DNA from: Vicugna vicugna
Lineage: Eukaryota
Direction: 5' to 3'
DNA length: 64,000 nt
Assembly (NCBI GenBank): GCA_013265495.1
Contig: MU061464.1
Span: 372,001-436,000, forward strand
Made by a program: the position numbers and the translations under genes. The notes beneath the pieces were generated by a model that saw only the letters and a list, made by a program, of their open reading frames with translations, was not told the DNA's origin and searched no databases. Positions 24,090-34,728 of this stretch are shown here, in pieces. Numbering within the stretch: the stretch's first letter is position 1; every line of letters begins with the position of its first letter.

Positions 24090-24760
24090 GCGGCACTCCA
24101 GCTTTACTCCTCAGCTCCCTCCCCCCGGGGTAAGTGACACTGCTTTCCATTCGCCCCTTGAAGTGCCGCCTCGTTTGGCTTCCAGTACGAAGTTCTCTTC
24201 CTCCTTCTGACCCTGTCTTCTCCCTACGGTGCTGAGCCCTCTTCTCCCCGTCCCCTGAGTGGTAGTGACCCCGGGGCCCTTTGACCTTTCTCTCTGTCAA
24301 CTCCTGTGGGTGGTCTCATTCTCCGTGGACGGATGAGCCACAACATGTAATTCCACCCCAGCTCCTTCTCTTGAGATGCAGGGCGACTGACTGCTGGACA
24401 TCCCCACTTAAATTTTTTGTACCAGTTCTGGCTCCTTAAGCTGAAAAATTGAATTTGCTTGGAAATCATCTTGATGAACAAAGCTTTCTCATTCGTTTCC
24501 CATCCTCCAGTCTCGCCTCCCTCCAGCCCGCCTTCCGTACTCTGGGAAGAACCCTTTCTGAGCTGGCGTGCTGGCCTCGTGGCCCGCCCTGTTCAGGCCC
24601 TGTGGGGACTCCTTGCTGCCTCTGTAACTTAGACCTGATAGTGTTGCCCTCCCCTGAGCCCTGCTGCCGGGGAGCCCTCCCCTGTGTGTCCTGGGAAGGC
24701 ACCCGGAGCACTCACAGGTCAGTCTGCCCTAATCTTTCTATTTCTAGATGCTTTTATTTA
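24090..24760 (+). mobile_element. L2 LINE fragments
   Basis: Pyrimidine-rich sense L2 pattern (ctgctggacatccccactt...ccttaagctgaaaaattgaattt; cctccagtctcgcctccctccag). Confidence 0.5.
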
Positions 24761-24804
24761 AGAGGCATTTTTTTAGTGATTCAAAAAAGTTTTAAATGAT
24801 GGTG

Positions 24805-25205
24805 GCACATGCTAAGTTGCTGTAACAGAGACCCCGGGTGGAGTGGTTTAAACAGGACAGATACTTCATTCTCATGTAACAGCCCAGTGTGAGCAGCCAG
24901 GGGCTGGCAGGACGGCTCTGCCTTGAGCCCATGGTTTCCACGGCTGTGCCCGCTTGCCTGCTTCTAGCTGGCAGGAGAGGGTGCAGGAGGGCGAGCCAGG
25001 TAGCCTGGTCCTCCTGGAGGTGGCCGGGAAGCGGGCGGCCACTCCTCACACCCGTTCGCCCAGCGTGGTCACGAGCCGTCACTGGTAGATGAGGCCGCGC
25101 AGTATTCTCTCTGGCTGGGCAGCGGGGCACCAGCTCAGCTGACTGCTGTGGCCAGGACGTAGGCGGGAGAGTGACTTCTGGGAAGGACTTAGTTGTCCTT
25201 ATCAT
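24805..25205 (-). mobile_element. MLT1J/MLT1K-like MaLR solo LTR
   Basis: gctaagttgctgtaacagagacc...agtggtttaaacagg...ctcatgtaacag...ggtcacgagccgtcactggtagatgaggc matches the antisense MLT1 pattern. Confidence 0.6.
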
Positions 25206-28200
25206 GGGAACAAAGAACTATGTTGACTGAAAAGTCAAGCTGGGAGAAAATGAGTGGGGTTTTTTAGCGCATCTGGATCTACTCTGGAAGGTTTGGGCAG
25301 CTGCAACACGTAGGTGATAGGATTCAACGCTTTTTTTCCTTCCGCTCCCAAAAAAGGCACGTCACCCAGGGTTAAGGGTGTATAAACACAAAGGGCAGCT
25401 TGTAGCTCTTACCCTCAGCTCAGGCGTTTGTGGTGAAAATCGGTGGCGCCTGATGTGTGAGCGCATGTGCAGGTTAGCGCTCGCGGCGTGGAGCTTCCCT
25501 CTGCTTCTCTGCCGCACTGTTCATGGCTCACGTTCGGCACAACTCTTGGAAGCATTTTATCACCGTCTTCAGAACATTCTCTGAAAGGCGGTGTTGACAT
25601 ATTCGCTTTCTAAGTGGAGTTACCGTTCCTCCTGCCATCTTGTGTTCTTCACGCTCAGGTGTGAAAATAAACTTCACCTGTCGGGGCGTTGCATAATTTG
25701 GGTCGGCTTCTCAGGGCTGTGGCCCGCAGGTCACAGCGTAAGTACCCATTTGCCGAAATACAAAGCCTCTTAGCCCCCGTGCAGGGCACTCCGGCTGGGA
25801 CTAGCTCCAGCAGCCTTCCATTTTGTACAAACACCGTTATTTCCCACCTACACGCTGATGGGCGCAAGGGTGGGAGATGCTGCTCAGATGTCTGTTTCAT
25901 CTTTTTTAATTCTAGATTTCTTGCTAAAAAATAATTACACTGTGTAACATGCTACCGTGATAAAAGGCCAGTCCCCATTCGCAAAGGAGTAAAGACGGTC
26001 CTGAGGCTGCTCTGCACTGACTGCGGCGGGAGGCACCTAAGCCGGGTGCGTCTGCGGGTGAGCTGCCTAAGGAGCATCTAGGTATCTAAGGGTATTTCTA
26101 GCCTGTGCTTAGGGCGACGGCAACTCTGGCTTTCCTGGGGGCGTCCCAGTGACGCCTCATCCTGGCGCCTCACCTTGTCTGGCGTTTGTCGCTGTGAGCA
26201 GGTTTCCAGTTGAGAAGGTGAATCGCGTCTGCGTCTCTTGCCCGTTGCTGGTCCCAGCTGTCGCAGCTTTCTTAGCAGTCATACGCTTGCTCTGCCGTCA
26301 CTTCAGGGTAGGCTGCTTCAGGACCACTCACCCGAAGGAGTCCTGGGCAGGATGGCGCGGTGGTGCGCGCTTCAGAAGCACTTTTCCGGAGCACTGAAGG
26401 CAGGCGTGGGCAGGGCCTGAGCTCCGGGGGTGGAAGGACTGCTCCCGCTGCTCTGTTACGTGCACATTCTCAGCGCTGTCACATCGCCTCAGCCAAATAC
26501 GTGGCGAAAATGGAACAGTGTGGGATTGATGGCCTCGGGACAGCACAGGTCTCCTGAAGCCTCTGACGGGTGAGGTGAGCTGTCTTCGCCTCAGGCCCCC
26601 CCGTGCCGCCCAGTGTGCGTGTTTGAGTGGCAGGCAGCTGCTCGCGGCCTCTGCGTTAGCGGCCTCTGCCCGACGGTGCCGGCCCAGCGAGGCGGGGGCG
26701 TCACTGCTACAGTTCTCCTGTGTTGCATGTAAAATGGCACAAATGAGCCACTGGTTTCTTGGTTGTAAAGATCTGATTTTACTGTCTGGGGCTCTCATGA
26801 GGAAGAAAGGAAGGTGATGTTTAATCACTCCCGAATGATCGCACCGCAGGATAAAGTCTAGACGTAATTCTGTTGTATTTGTGGGAGGGGACGAGCCGTG
26901 AGTCTCTGCTCCGCCATCTTTGCTCCCCCCTAATAAATCCTGTCACTTAGAAGATGTAGACCTTGTTTTACATCCAGTATCTGATACTTTTTTCTGGAAT
27001 TCCCAACGAGAGCGCCAGGAATGGGCACCAGGTGGCCGCGGCACCAGTTCACGTGGGTGGAGCCGAAGGCCGGGGCCTGCCTGGCTCACGGGCTTTCTTC
27101 TCCCAGGGCGTGTCCAGACGCCCCCTCCTCTGTGGGCCACGACCCGAACGGGGCTGGGAAGCACCATAGCGACCTCTGCAAGCGGGACAGCAGACGCGTA
27201 AACAAACGTGCTGGCCCCGCTGGCACTCAAGTGTTAACACGCTGTTTCCGAAGTGTCATCTTGGGCCGTTGTTTTCAGAGTCACATAGATGCCATACTTT
27301 AGCGGAAAGTAAATATCCAAAAATCTCCAGAGTCAAAGATCTTCGTGTAATCTTCAAAACAGCAGCTCATCTGAAATAAGTCACAGAGTACCGAATTAGA
27401 AGTTTTGCTTTTTTGTAACCGAAGTGATTACGCACAAGCAAAGCAATCGTGTGCCTCCCCAGTACAAAAGGGTTTAGGGAGTTTTACGGACTGTGGGCTG
27501 CCCAGCTGTGGTCCAAGTTTACAGCCCCAGTAATTCTTCATAACTGGAGGAAATGTTGTGAATTATACCATGGTGACGGTGGCTGTCTGTCACATCTCCG
27601 CTGGTCCGCTGTAATTTGGGGAAGAGGAGAAGCGCACGAACGCCACGCGCACCGTGGCTGGTGAAGGGCTTCCGGCTGAACGTCCTATCAGACCTGCTTT
27701 TCTAAACATCATTCGTAGTTTTCACAAGAGCTGCACAAAGAGACGCTAAGTCCTGAGAAACAAGACTGAGTGAACAGTATGCACAACGCTTTCCCGTGAA
27801 GCAGGAAAACGGTGCGGCTCTGCCATTTCTGCCGATCTCCGACGGCTCATCCCAGATGAAGGCTCTGGTTGTGTTCCGCTGAAAGGCTAGCCGTTTGGGG
27901 GTTTTCAGTCAACCCTGAGGTGGTTTCTGGCGTTCACAATGCGTCGCGTCCCACTGTGGTCAGCTCGTGTTGTCAGAGGCATTAACGGTCTTCAAGAGTT
28001 TCGACTGCCCTTCATCTCTGCGGCATTTGTCTGATTCATACCTTTGTTCTCTCTGACGTCAACTCCTTGTCTTCGTTTTCTTGATTTTCTCTTCTCTTCT
28101 TTTTTCTTCATTTTTTTTTTTCACCCGCAAAGGCTTCACGGCCATCTTTCCTCTCTGCTGCCACCACATTTCATCCTGGGTTTTCCTCAGGGGCTCCCCC

Positions 28201-29289
28201 TCCCCCAGTGTTTTGGACACCTGGGGCCAATCTTGGAGAGTACCTGGGGTGGGAGCGCCCGACGAGCACGCCTGTGGGCTTGACGTTACAGAGGGTGACG
28301 CGTGTCTCTTGTCACAGTCGTGTTTTATACCCATTTCACTGATAAGGAAAACAAAGGCCCAGGTTTTCATGGTGAGTCATGTGAGACATTATCTGTGTCC
28401 CCGTTTCACAGGTGAATCAGTAGGAGGTGGAGATGGGTGAAATCTCAGGCAGCCTCACGCCTTAAGCCGCGTTCCTATCCAGTACGCGACTGACGTGTTA
28501 AGAACTGAATTCTAGTTCAAATGGTCAGCTCAGTAAAAGGCGACTGGAGATGATGTGTGCGTAGGTTCGCCATTTCTCAGTTATCTTTGTACAGGTTTAC
28601 AGTATTTGGTTTTCTTTTTCCCGCTCCGTTACCCCTTGTATCTTTGCCCCCCCTTTACTGCTGCCCCGCTGTTTGGCTGTTGTTCACCTGTAAAATGCAA
28701 ACTCACTTTAATACTGACCTAAAGAGAACTCAGTGAATGGTGAGCCTACCTGCCTTTCCCTGGTTTTGGTTTTTTTTTTGCTGTTCTCTCCTTTGGTTCA
28801 TCCCAGAAACCAGATTTTGTCAGCAGCGGCTTTGGTTGTTGGATCCTTACGGCCGGCTCCCTTCTGAGTGCGCGGCGTGTACATCACTGTGCGACACATC
28901 ATGTGCGTGTGGTCTCCAAAGACAGGTGAGGACAGGCTGTTTTGGGCTTTAAAATTGTGCTTCACTCCAGAAGTGTTGTGCAAAGACAGCCGTCTGTCAT
29001 CTGCATGTTGATAGCACTAAGGCAATGATTTTCAGACGATCTAAGCTTACAGATTTCATGCCCAACCATGTGAGGGCTTATATAAATAAATATGTATTTA
29101 TTACATATAATCTGCCTACTTTTTCAAAGGACTTGAAAAAATAAAGGATTCTGGAAGATGTGTGAGGGGCAAAAAAGGACTTGAAGGGCTTACGAAAAAC
29201 ATTCAGGTGCAATAAAGTCATGTAAATGGATATGAAAGAAGAAGGGTATGGAGCAATGGAGTGGAGAACTGAAGAAATCTGAGAGCCAT

Positions 29290-29770
29290 CCTGGACGCCT
29301 TGCTCTCCTTCACCCTCCCCACGCAGTCATTAAGTCCTGTTGTTGCTTCTTTGGCCTGTTAGCGCATACATCCACGCATTTTTTCCCTCTCAGTTCTCCA
29401 CCAGTCACAGCCCCGTCTTTCCCTCCATCCTTCGCCCGGACAGCTGCCTTCCTCATCTCACATCGCCCCTCACTAACTGGCACCCTAGGCCTGCAGTGAC
29501 CTTTTAAGAGACACGAGTCTGATGTCACCCACCTCCAGCTAAAAGCGCATCAGAGGCGTCCGCCTGCCCTGAGGTGCGAGCCGCCAGCTCTCACGCCCTG
29601 AGCTCCAGGCTCTAGCCTCTTCCAGTTGCTCCGATGTTTTCTGCTCTCCTGCTCTCTCTCCACGGGGCCTTTGCACTTTGTGGTCCAGCCCGCCCTGCAC
29701 TTGTTCTTCACCCCTCACTTCAGTCACAACTTCCTCCTCGATCTTGCCACCTGGAGGAAAATCCCTGTTA
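29290..29770 (+). mobile_element. L2 LINE fragment
   Basis: ccaccagtcacagccccgtc...cagctgccttcctc...gcctgcagtgacctttt...gtctgatgtcacc...cctttgcacttt. Confidence 0.65.
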
Positions 29771-32211
29771 ATCCACCTTCATGATTCCAGGCAAGCAGGG
29801 AAGGTCCAGGTTTTCTGGAATCTGAAATGGAGCAGGGAGTGGAGGGGGCTCTTTAAGAAAAAGAACACAAAGTTAGAGATATAAACAGAGGTGCAGGGCC
29901 CTGTGGTCGGGGGTGGTCCTGAAGCTGGGGTTTTGCCTGCACGGCGGGCCTGTCGCTGTCCTCAGCTGGCCGTTTTACCTGCCTGGTGACACGGACGCTT
30001 CTCTCCGTGGGGAAGGAAGTGGGTCTGAATTTGCTCAGCAAGGTTTCTCCAGGAGTGTGCCTCGTGGTGACATTTGAGGACGCAGCCTGTATTTCATGGA
30101 TAGAAGGATGAGTGAGTGAGTGGTTAAATGAAGATTCAGGCTACAAGTTAATGCTTATAATGCATATGTAAAATGCAGATGAGTTTCTTGGAATCCGCCG
30201 CAGTGGAGAGCATCGGACCCCACAGTGCTCAGCATCAGTCATCATGAAAGACGGGCCTCTGTCCGCACCTGGGGGTAAAGATGTCTTTCTGCAGCGTTCT
30301 CTACTGAGACGCCTTATGCAACACGGTGAATAATAACAGTGGCTACTTGTATCAAGCACTTCCCACGTTCTGGGCACTCACTCCTCGTTTGGACACGGCA
30401 TCCTGACTTAAGTGTTCATTGACTCCGGTAAGCGGTGCACACGCAGTTAGATGCAGTCAGGACTCTGCGTCCGTTGCCTGTGGGGACAGGTAGCAAACCC
30501 CCGTGTGGACAGGGAGAAGGAGGACCCGAGGCCCTGGCAGCTTCCCGCGTCCGCGAGCCTGGCCTCCTACGGCCCCTGGCTGTGGGCCAGACTGACGCTT
30601 GCCTGCCTTGGCCCTGGGGGTCGCGCTGGCTTGTCACCCGCTCTCCCTCGGGGATCACACCTGGGTCTTCTGTCCTGGTGAGGGGGTGCCCGTGTTTGTC
30701 TTTGTCTTTTTGTGTTCCTGTGGAATGTTTAATTACGAGCCGAACTGCATGCAGATGGCCTATCAGAATGAGTTACCTTCAGGATAACCTGTTCAAAGGG
30801 CTGTGTAGGGCTGCCCACCTGGACACTGAAGAACGCCTGTCAGAGCTGACCATTTGCCTTTGGCGTAAGTAGCAGTGACCTTGTATGTCACTGTAATTAG
30901 CAGCGACAGCACTTGGCTCCCAGGTACAGGGCCTCCAGAGCCGTCTCCGAGAATGCTGTCGCAGGCTTGTGTGGTTCATTCAGTCACAGACCGCCATTCG
31001 GTGCCTGAACTGGGCCCTGCCCAGGGGACACGCAGGCAACAGGAACTCCTCTCCCTTTAGGCTGGGGATTCAGACCCAGGCGGAGGGAGGAAAGGAGACA
31101 GACAGACAGGTGGAGCTCACGGTGAGACGGGCCCTGAGTGGCCGCTGTGTGGCTCTGCGTTCGCTGTTAGTCCTGACGGCCAAGGTCTCCTGATAAACTG
31201 CCAAGTTGTTGTTGTTTTGTTGGTTTTTTCACTAAATGAGCTCCCTGCTCAAGGTGTGCTGTGTCAGTCTGTGAGCGTCTTCTCCTAACTGTTTTGAGGG
31301 TTAGTAAGATGGCCCCAGGGCAAGATACTCAAGTACTTTCTAGCAGTTTTTACCAAACCAGAAATAAAAACGGGCGGGCTCCCAGCTGCCCAAGCCCAGA
31401 GCAGATGCCCGTGGGCTTGGGGCCAGAGGGGCCTTCTGTCCCAGAAGCTGCTGGAGGAGAACGTGGCGAACCTCCCAGTCCTTGGAAAGCTGCTCGGGGT
31501 GGCGGGGGCCCCGCCTTCACTTCCCTTCGGCTACTTACAGGCATGTGCCAGTGGCGCTCCCCGGAAGCAGGGCTGCGAGGGAAACACTCAGTTTGGGTCG
31601 AAGACATCTATCTCGCAAGTGGGAAGAAGCAGGGAACTTAGAAATACAAGCAGAGCTCCCCTTAGAAACCCCACTGGCTGCCTGGTGAACTGGATGAAGC
31701 TACGGCTGTAAAGGCCTTGGAACCATGCGGTCCTCACGCGCGGCTCCAGCTCGGGAGGGCCTTCTCCGGGTCCTGCATCGCGGTCTCCCGGCCGGGCTCT
31801 CTGTCGGGGCTACTCAGGCCCTTTGCCCAGGACCTCTTCCTGTCTGTTTCCTCCAGGCGGCCTTCTCGGGAGGGACAGCGGCTCATGTTGTTGCTGTTCC
31901 TGTTTTTCTCCCTAGACCCTCTGTCCAGCGCACGGAGTTTACTCACCCCGTAACTATTGGTTGAATGAAGTGCAGTTCGCAGTAGAGGGTGCAATGAGGG
32001 AGGCCTGTAGGGACTGAAGCGTTTCTGCAGTTCCGTTGGCCTGAGCTCCTGGTCAGGGGAACGTAGTGTTAACATGTAGAAGGACCTCTGATGCTGTGTG
32101 GGATAAAATGCGGAGCCGGCGATTTAGAGGCCTTTCCGTGCCGTTCCACGAGTGAGGCCTCGTGTCCGGGTCCCCCACGTGGGCCCTGACTTTCAGAACT
32201 GAGCGCTAAGC

Positions 32212-32333
32212 GGGGGCGGGGTGCATAGCTCACGCAGTGGAGTCCGTGCTTAGCATACACAGGTCCTGGGTGCGTTCCCCGGTCCCTCTACCTCCCTCCC
32301 TCCCCAAAATAAATTAATTAACTAAAAAAATAA
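32212..32333 (+). mobile_element. tRNA-Ala-derived camelid SINE (vic-1-like)
   Basis: ggggcgggggtgcatagctca..gtggagtccgtgcttagcatacacaggtcctgggtgcgttccccgg head, cctccc linker and A-rich tail. Confidence 0.8.
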
Positions 32334-32749
32334 AGAGCTAAAGGAAGAGGCAAGAGTGCCGACCACCGAGCATTAGCACGTCTCTGCCGTTCCCTGCCAT
32401 GTTTACCTCAGGTCTGCAGTACGTACTTGGGGTTGTGTTCCTTGGCTTCGAAGTACATTCTCTCTGTGAGTAGCTGCTCTAGGACGAGCCCCAGCAGGTG
32501 GTAAAGGACACTGTCAGGCAGTTCATGGACATCCCGTGTTTGAGGCCAGAACTCTCCAGGGCGGTGCTGGTTTCCTGCCGTGCGGCCCAGGCACGTCCTG
32601 AAAACCGAGCTAAACCGTCAACGGATGCCTTGGCATCCGTCTTGTGACTTAGCCATGAAGTGTGGTGTCTGTACGGGGCATTGCTAGACAGACAGTGGGG
32701 TGACTTTTAATAATCACGTGTAGTTTCTGTAACACCGTTTTTCCATGCC

Positions 32750-33110
32750 GCTGTGCCTTTGACGTCCTGTTTCTTCTGCCAGAATTGCTTCCACTCCCCG
32801 CCATCCCGTGACGGCCCCCTTCCTTCCAGTCTCATCGTAAAAACCTCCTCTCACCCACCAAACGCAGGCGTGCGTTTCCCCCGTCAGAGCCATTTTCTTC
32901 CGTGTTGTGATAGCACACTTATCGCTTGCTGTTCACACAGCTAGGAGCTCCTTGAGGGCAAGGGCCAGGTTGCACCGTTCCTGTACTCCCGTCCGTGGCA
33001 CCTGGCTCCGGGCTTTCTTGAGTGCTGGGCGGACGTCACGAGAGGTTGTTTTAGGGACGGTGGTGGTTCCATGGTTTCATTCCTCTCGTCAAAGCCAAGG
33101 ACAACGGTGA
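32750..33110 (+). mobile_element. L2 LINE 3' fragment
   Basis: gccagaattgcttccactcc...aaaacctcctctcaccc...gatagcacacttatc...ctaggagctccttgagggcaagggccagg. Confidence 0.65.
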
Positions 33111-33124
33111 GAAGGCCCCTTCTT

Positions 33125-33330
33125 AAGCAGCTAGCCCTTGGATGGCAGCGTGATGGAGAAGGAGATTTGAAGACGAAGGTTCTGTTGGCACTCTCACCTG
33201 ATTAGCTCAGGAAGGTCATTCACGCTTCCTGTGCCTCAGGGTTCCTCATTCATCCCTGGACGGCCGTGCTGCCTGGCTCCCTGGGTTAGGGTGAGAGTCA
33301 GAGGAGACACTCTGCAGACCGTAAAGCCCT
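33125..33330 (+). mobile_element. MIR SINE
   Basis: ggcagcgtgatggagaagga...ggaaggtcattcacgcttcctgtgcctcagggttcctcat. Confidence 0.55.
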
Positions 33331-34702
33331 GCCAACGAGAAGGAGAGGAGAGTGGCGGTGGGGTCTGGCAGGAGGAACACGCGGCTTGGCCTTGGGCGAG
33401 ACTTTAAACCCAGGCTCCACCGCTGTTCCTTTGACTAGCGCAACTCAGCTCCCGCGAGCCAGTTTCGTTACTTGTCCAGCGGACGCAGCAGCGCTGCGGG
33501 CAAGGCTGTGAAGGGCGCTGGCTCCCAGGCCGTGTTCCATCTGTGTGCGCCCTGCTGTGGCCAGCCAGAGCCACTGCACCCTGCGTGCTCATACCTCTGC
33601 GCTCTCTTTTCCGTGGCCGACTCAGTCCTCTACCCCAGGGAGAGCGTGCCGCTTCTCTCAGGCTGGGGGGATGAGCAGGCAGAGGTGAGAGGTGAGGACG
33701 GTTGGGACTTCCCTGGCCTGTGACCCCCGCCTGGATGTGCCTTGGGACAGTGCTGAGGCCAAGCCTCAGTGTGGTGTCCCAGCGCATTCCCAGGGCAGCA
33801 ACAGAAGGAAAGAAAAGGTAATGAGCTGGAGGACACGGCGGGCGCACAGAGCCCTGGGTGGGCAGCGTGGACGGCATGCTGCGGGGAGAGCCGTCCGAGG
33901 CTGGGGTCGTCGCGTGCTGGTGTTGCCGGGAGGGGCGAGGCCGAGCTGGTCGCCGTGCAGGCTCAGTGTGAATGCTGTGTTCTCCGCCCCCTACCTCTGA
34001 ACTTTGCTCACTCCCCGAGGAGAGCAGCCAGCCCCCTCTTCTCTCTCCTGGGATCCAAGCCCGTCCCGAGCACAGGGTGCGTGACAGCCACCACTGAAGC
34101 TGCCGTTGGTTACGAGGATCCCACAGGTTCCTTGCCGCGTGGGCCTTAGCTATTTGTTTTTATGGAGAGGGCTGGCTTAGAGTTGTTATTTTTGCATGGG
34201 CCCAAATGCTTTGTGGTGGCAGTTAAGTTTACTAAAATGCCCTTCTGCCCGGCACCCCGTGTGGGCAGTGAGTAAACGTGCGTGAGGAGTTTTGATGGTG
34301 ATGATGACGACGATGGTGCTCAGCAGCCCGCACGGTCTTCCCCTGCCTGAGCGTCAGCGTTGTGCCAGACCTTGGCTGTGTCGCAGTAAGGAAGATGGGC
34401 AGGGTCGCTGTCCCCATGGAATTTATAACCCCGTGAGGGAGCAGACGAGTGAACAGCCGCTCTCCCACGGCGTGATAAGGGCAGAGTCCCGTGGGAACCC
34501 ATCAGAGAGGCACCTCACCCAGACTGGGGATCAGGGCGCGCCTCCTGGGAAAGGCAGCCGACGCCCGATGGCCTGGTGGAGGCCGGCGGGGAGGAAATGC
34601 TCCAGGTAGAGGGAGCCGTGTTGGCTGGAGAAACTGGAAGCAGCAGCCAGAAGAAGAAAGCATTTCCTCATCTGCTGTTTTCGCTTGCGTCTCTGCAATA
34701 AT

Positions 34703-34726
34703 GTCTTTCGTTTCCTCGTTTTCTAG
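34703..34726 (+). promoter_or_regulatory. LRRC8D: 3' splice acceptor of the LRRC8D coding exon
   Basis: Polypyrimidine tract gtctttcgtttcctcgttttctAG, followed by GA-ATG. The exon starts at 34727, 2 nt before the start codon. Confidence 0.9.
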
Positions 34727-34728
34727 GA

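Larger units (their letters stand above)
1..34726 (+). other. LRRC8D: Inferred large intron of LRRC8D upstream of the coding exon (non-coding 5' UTR exons lie outside the window or are unrecognised)
   Basis: The coding exon opens with a splice acceptor at 34725-34726. Mammalian LRRC8D has non-coding 5' exons and a very long intron before its single coding exon (established knowledge). The region is repeat-rich and none of its ORFs is a recognisable protein. Confidence 0.7.
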
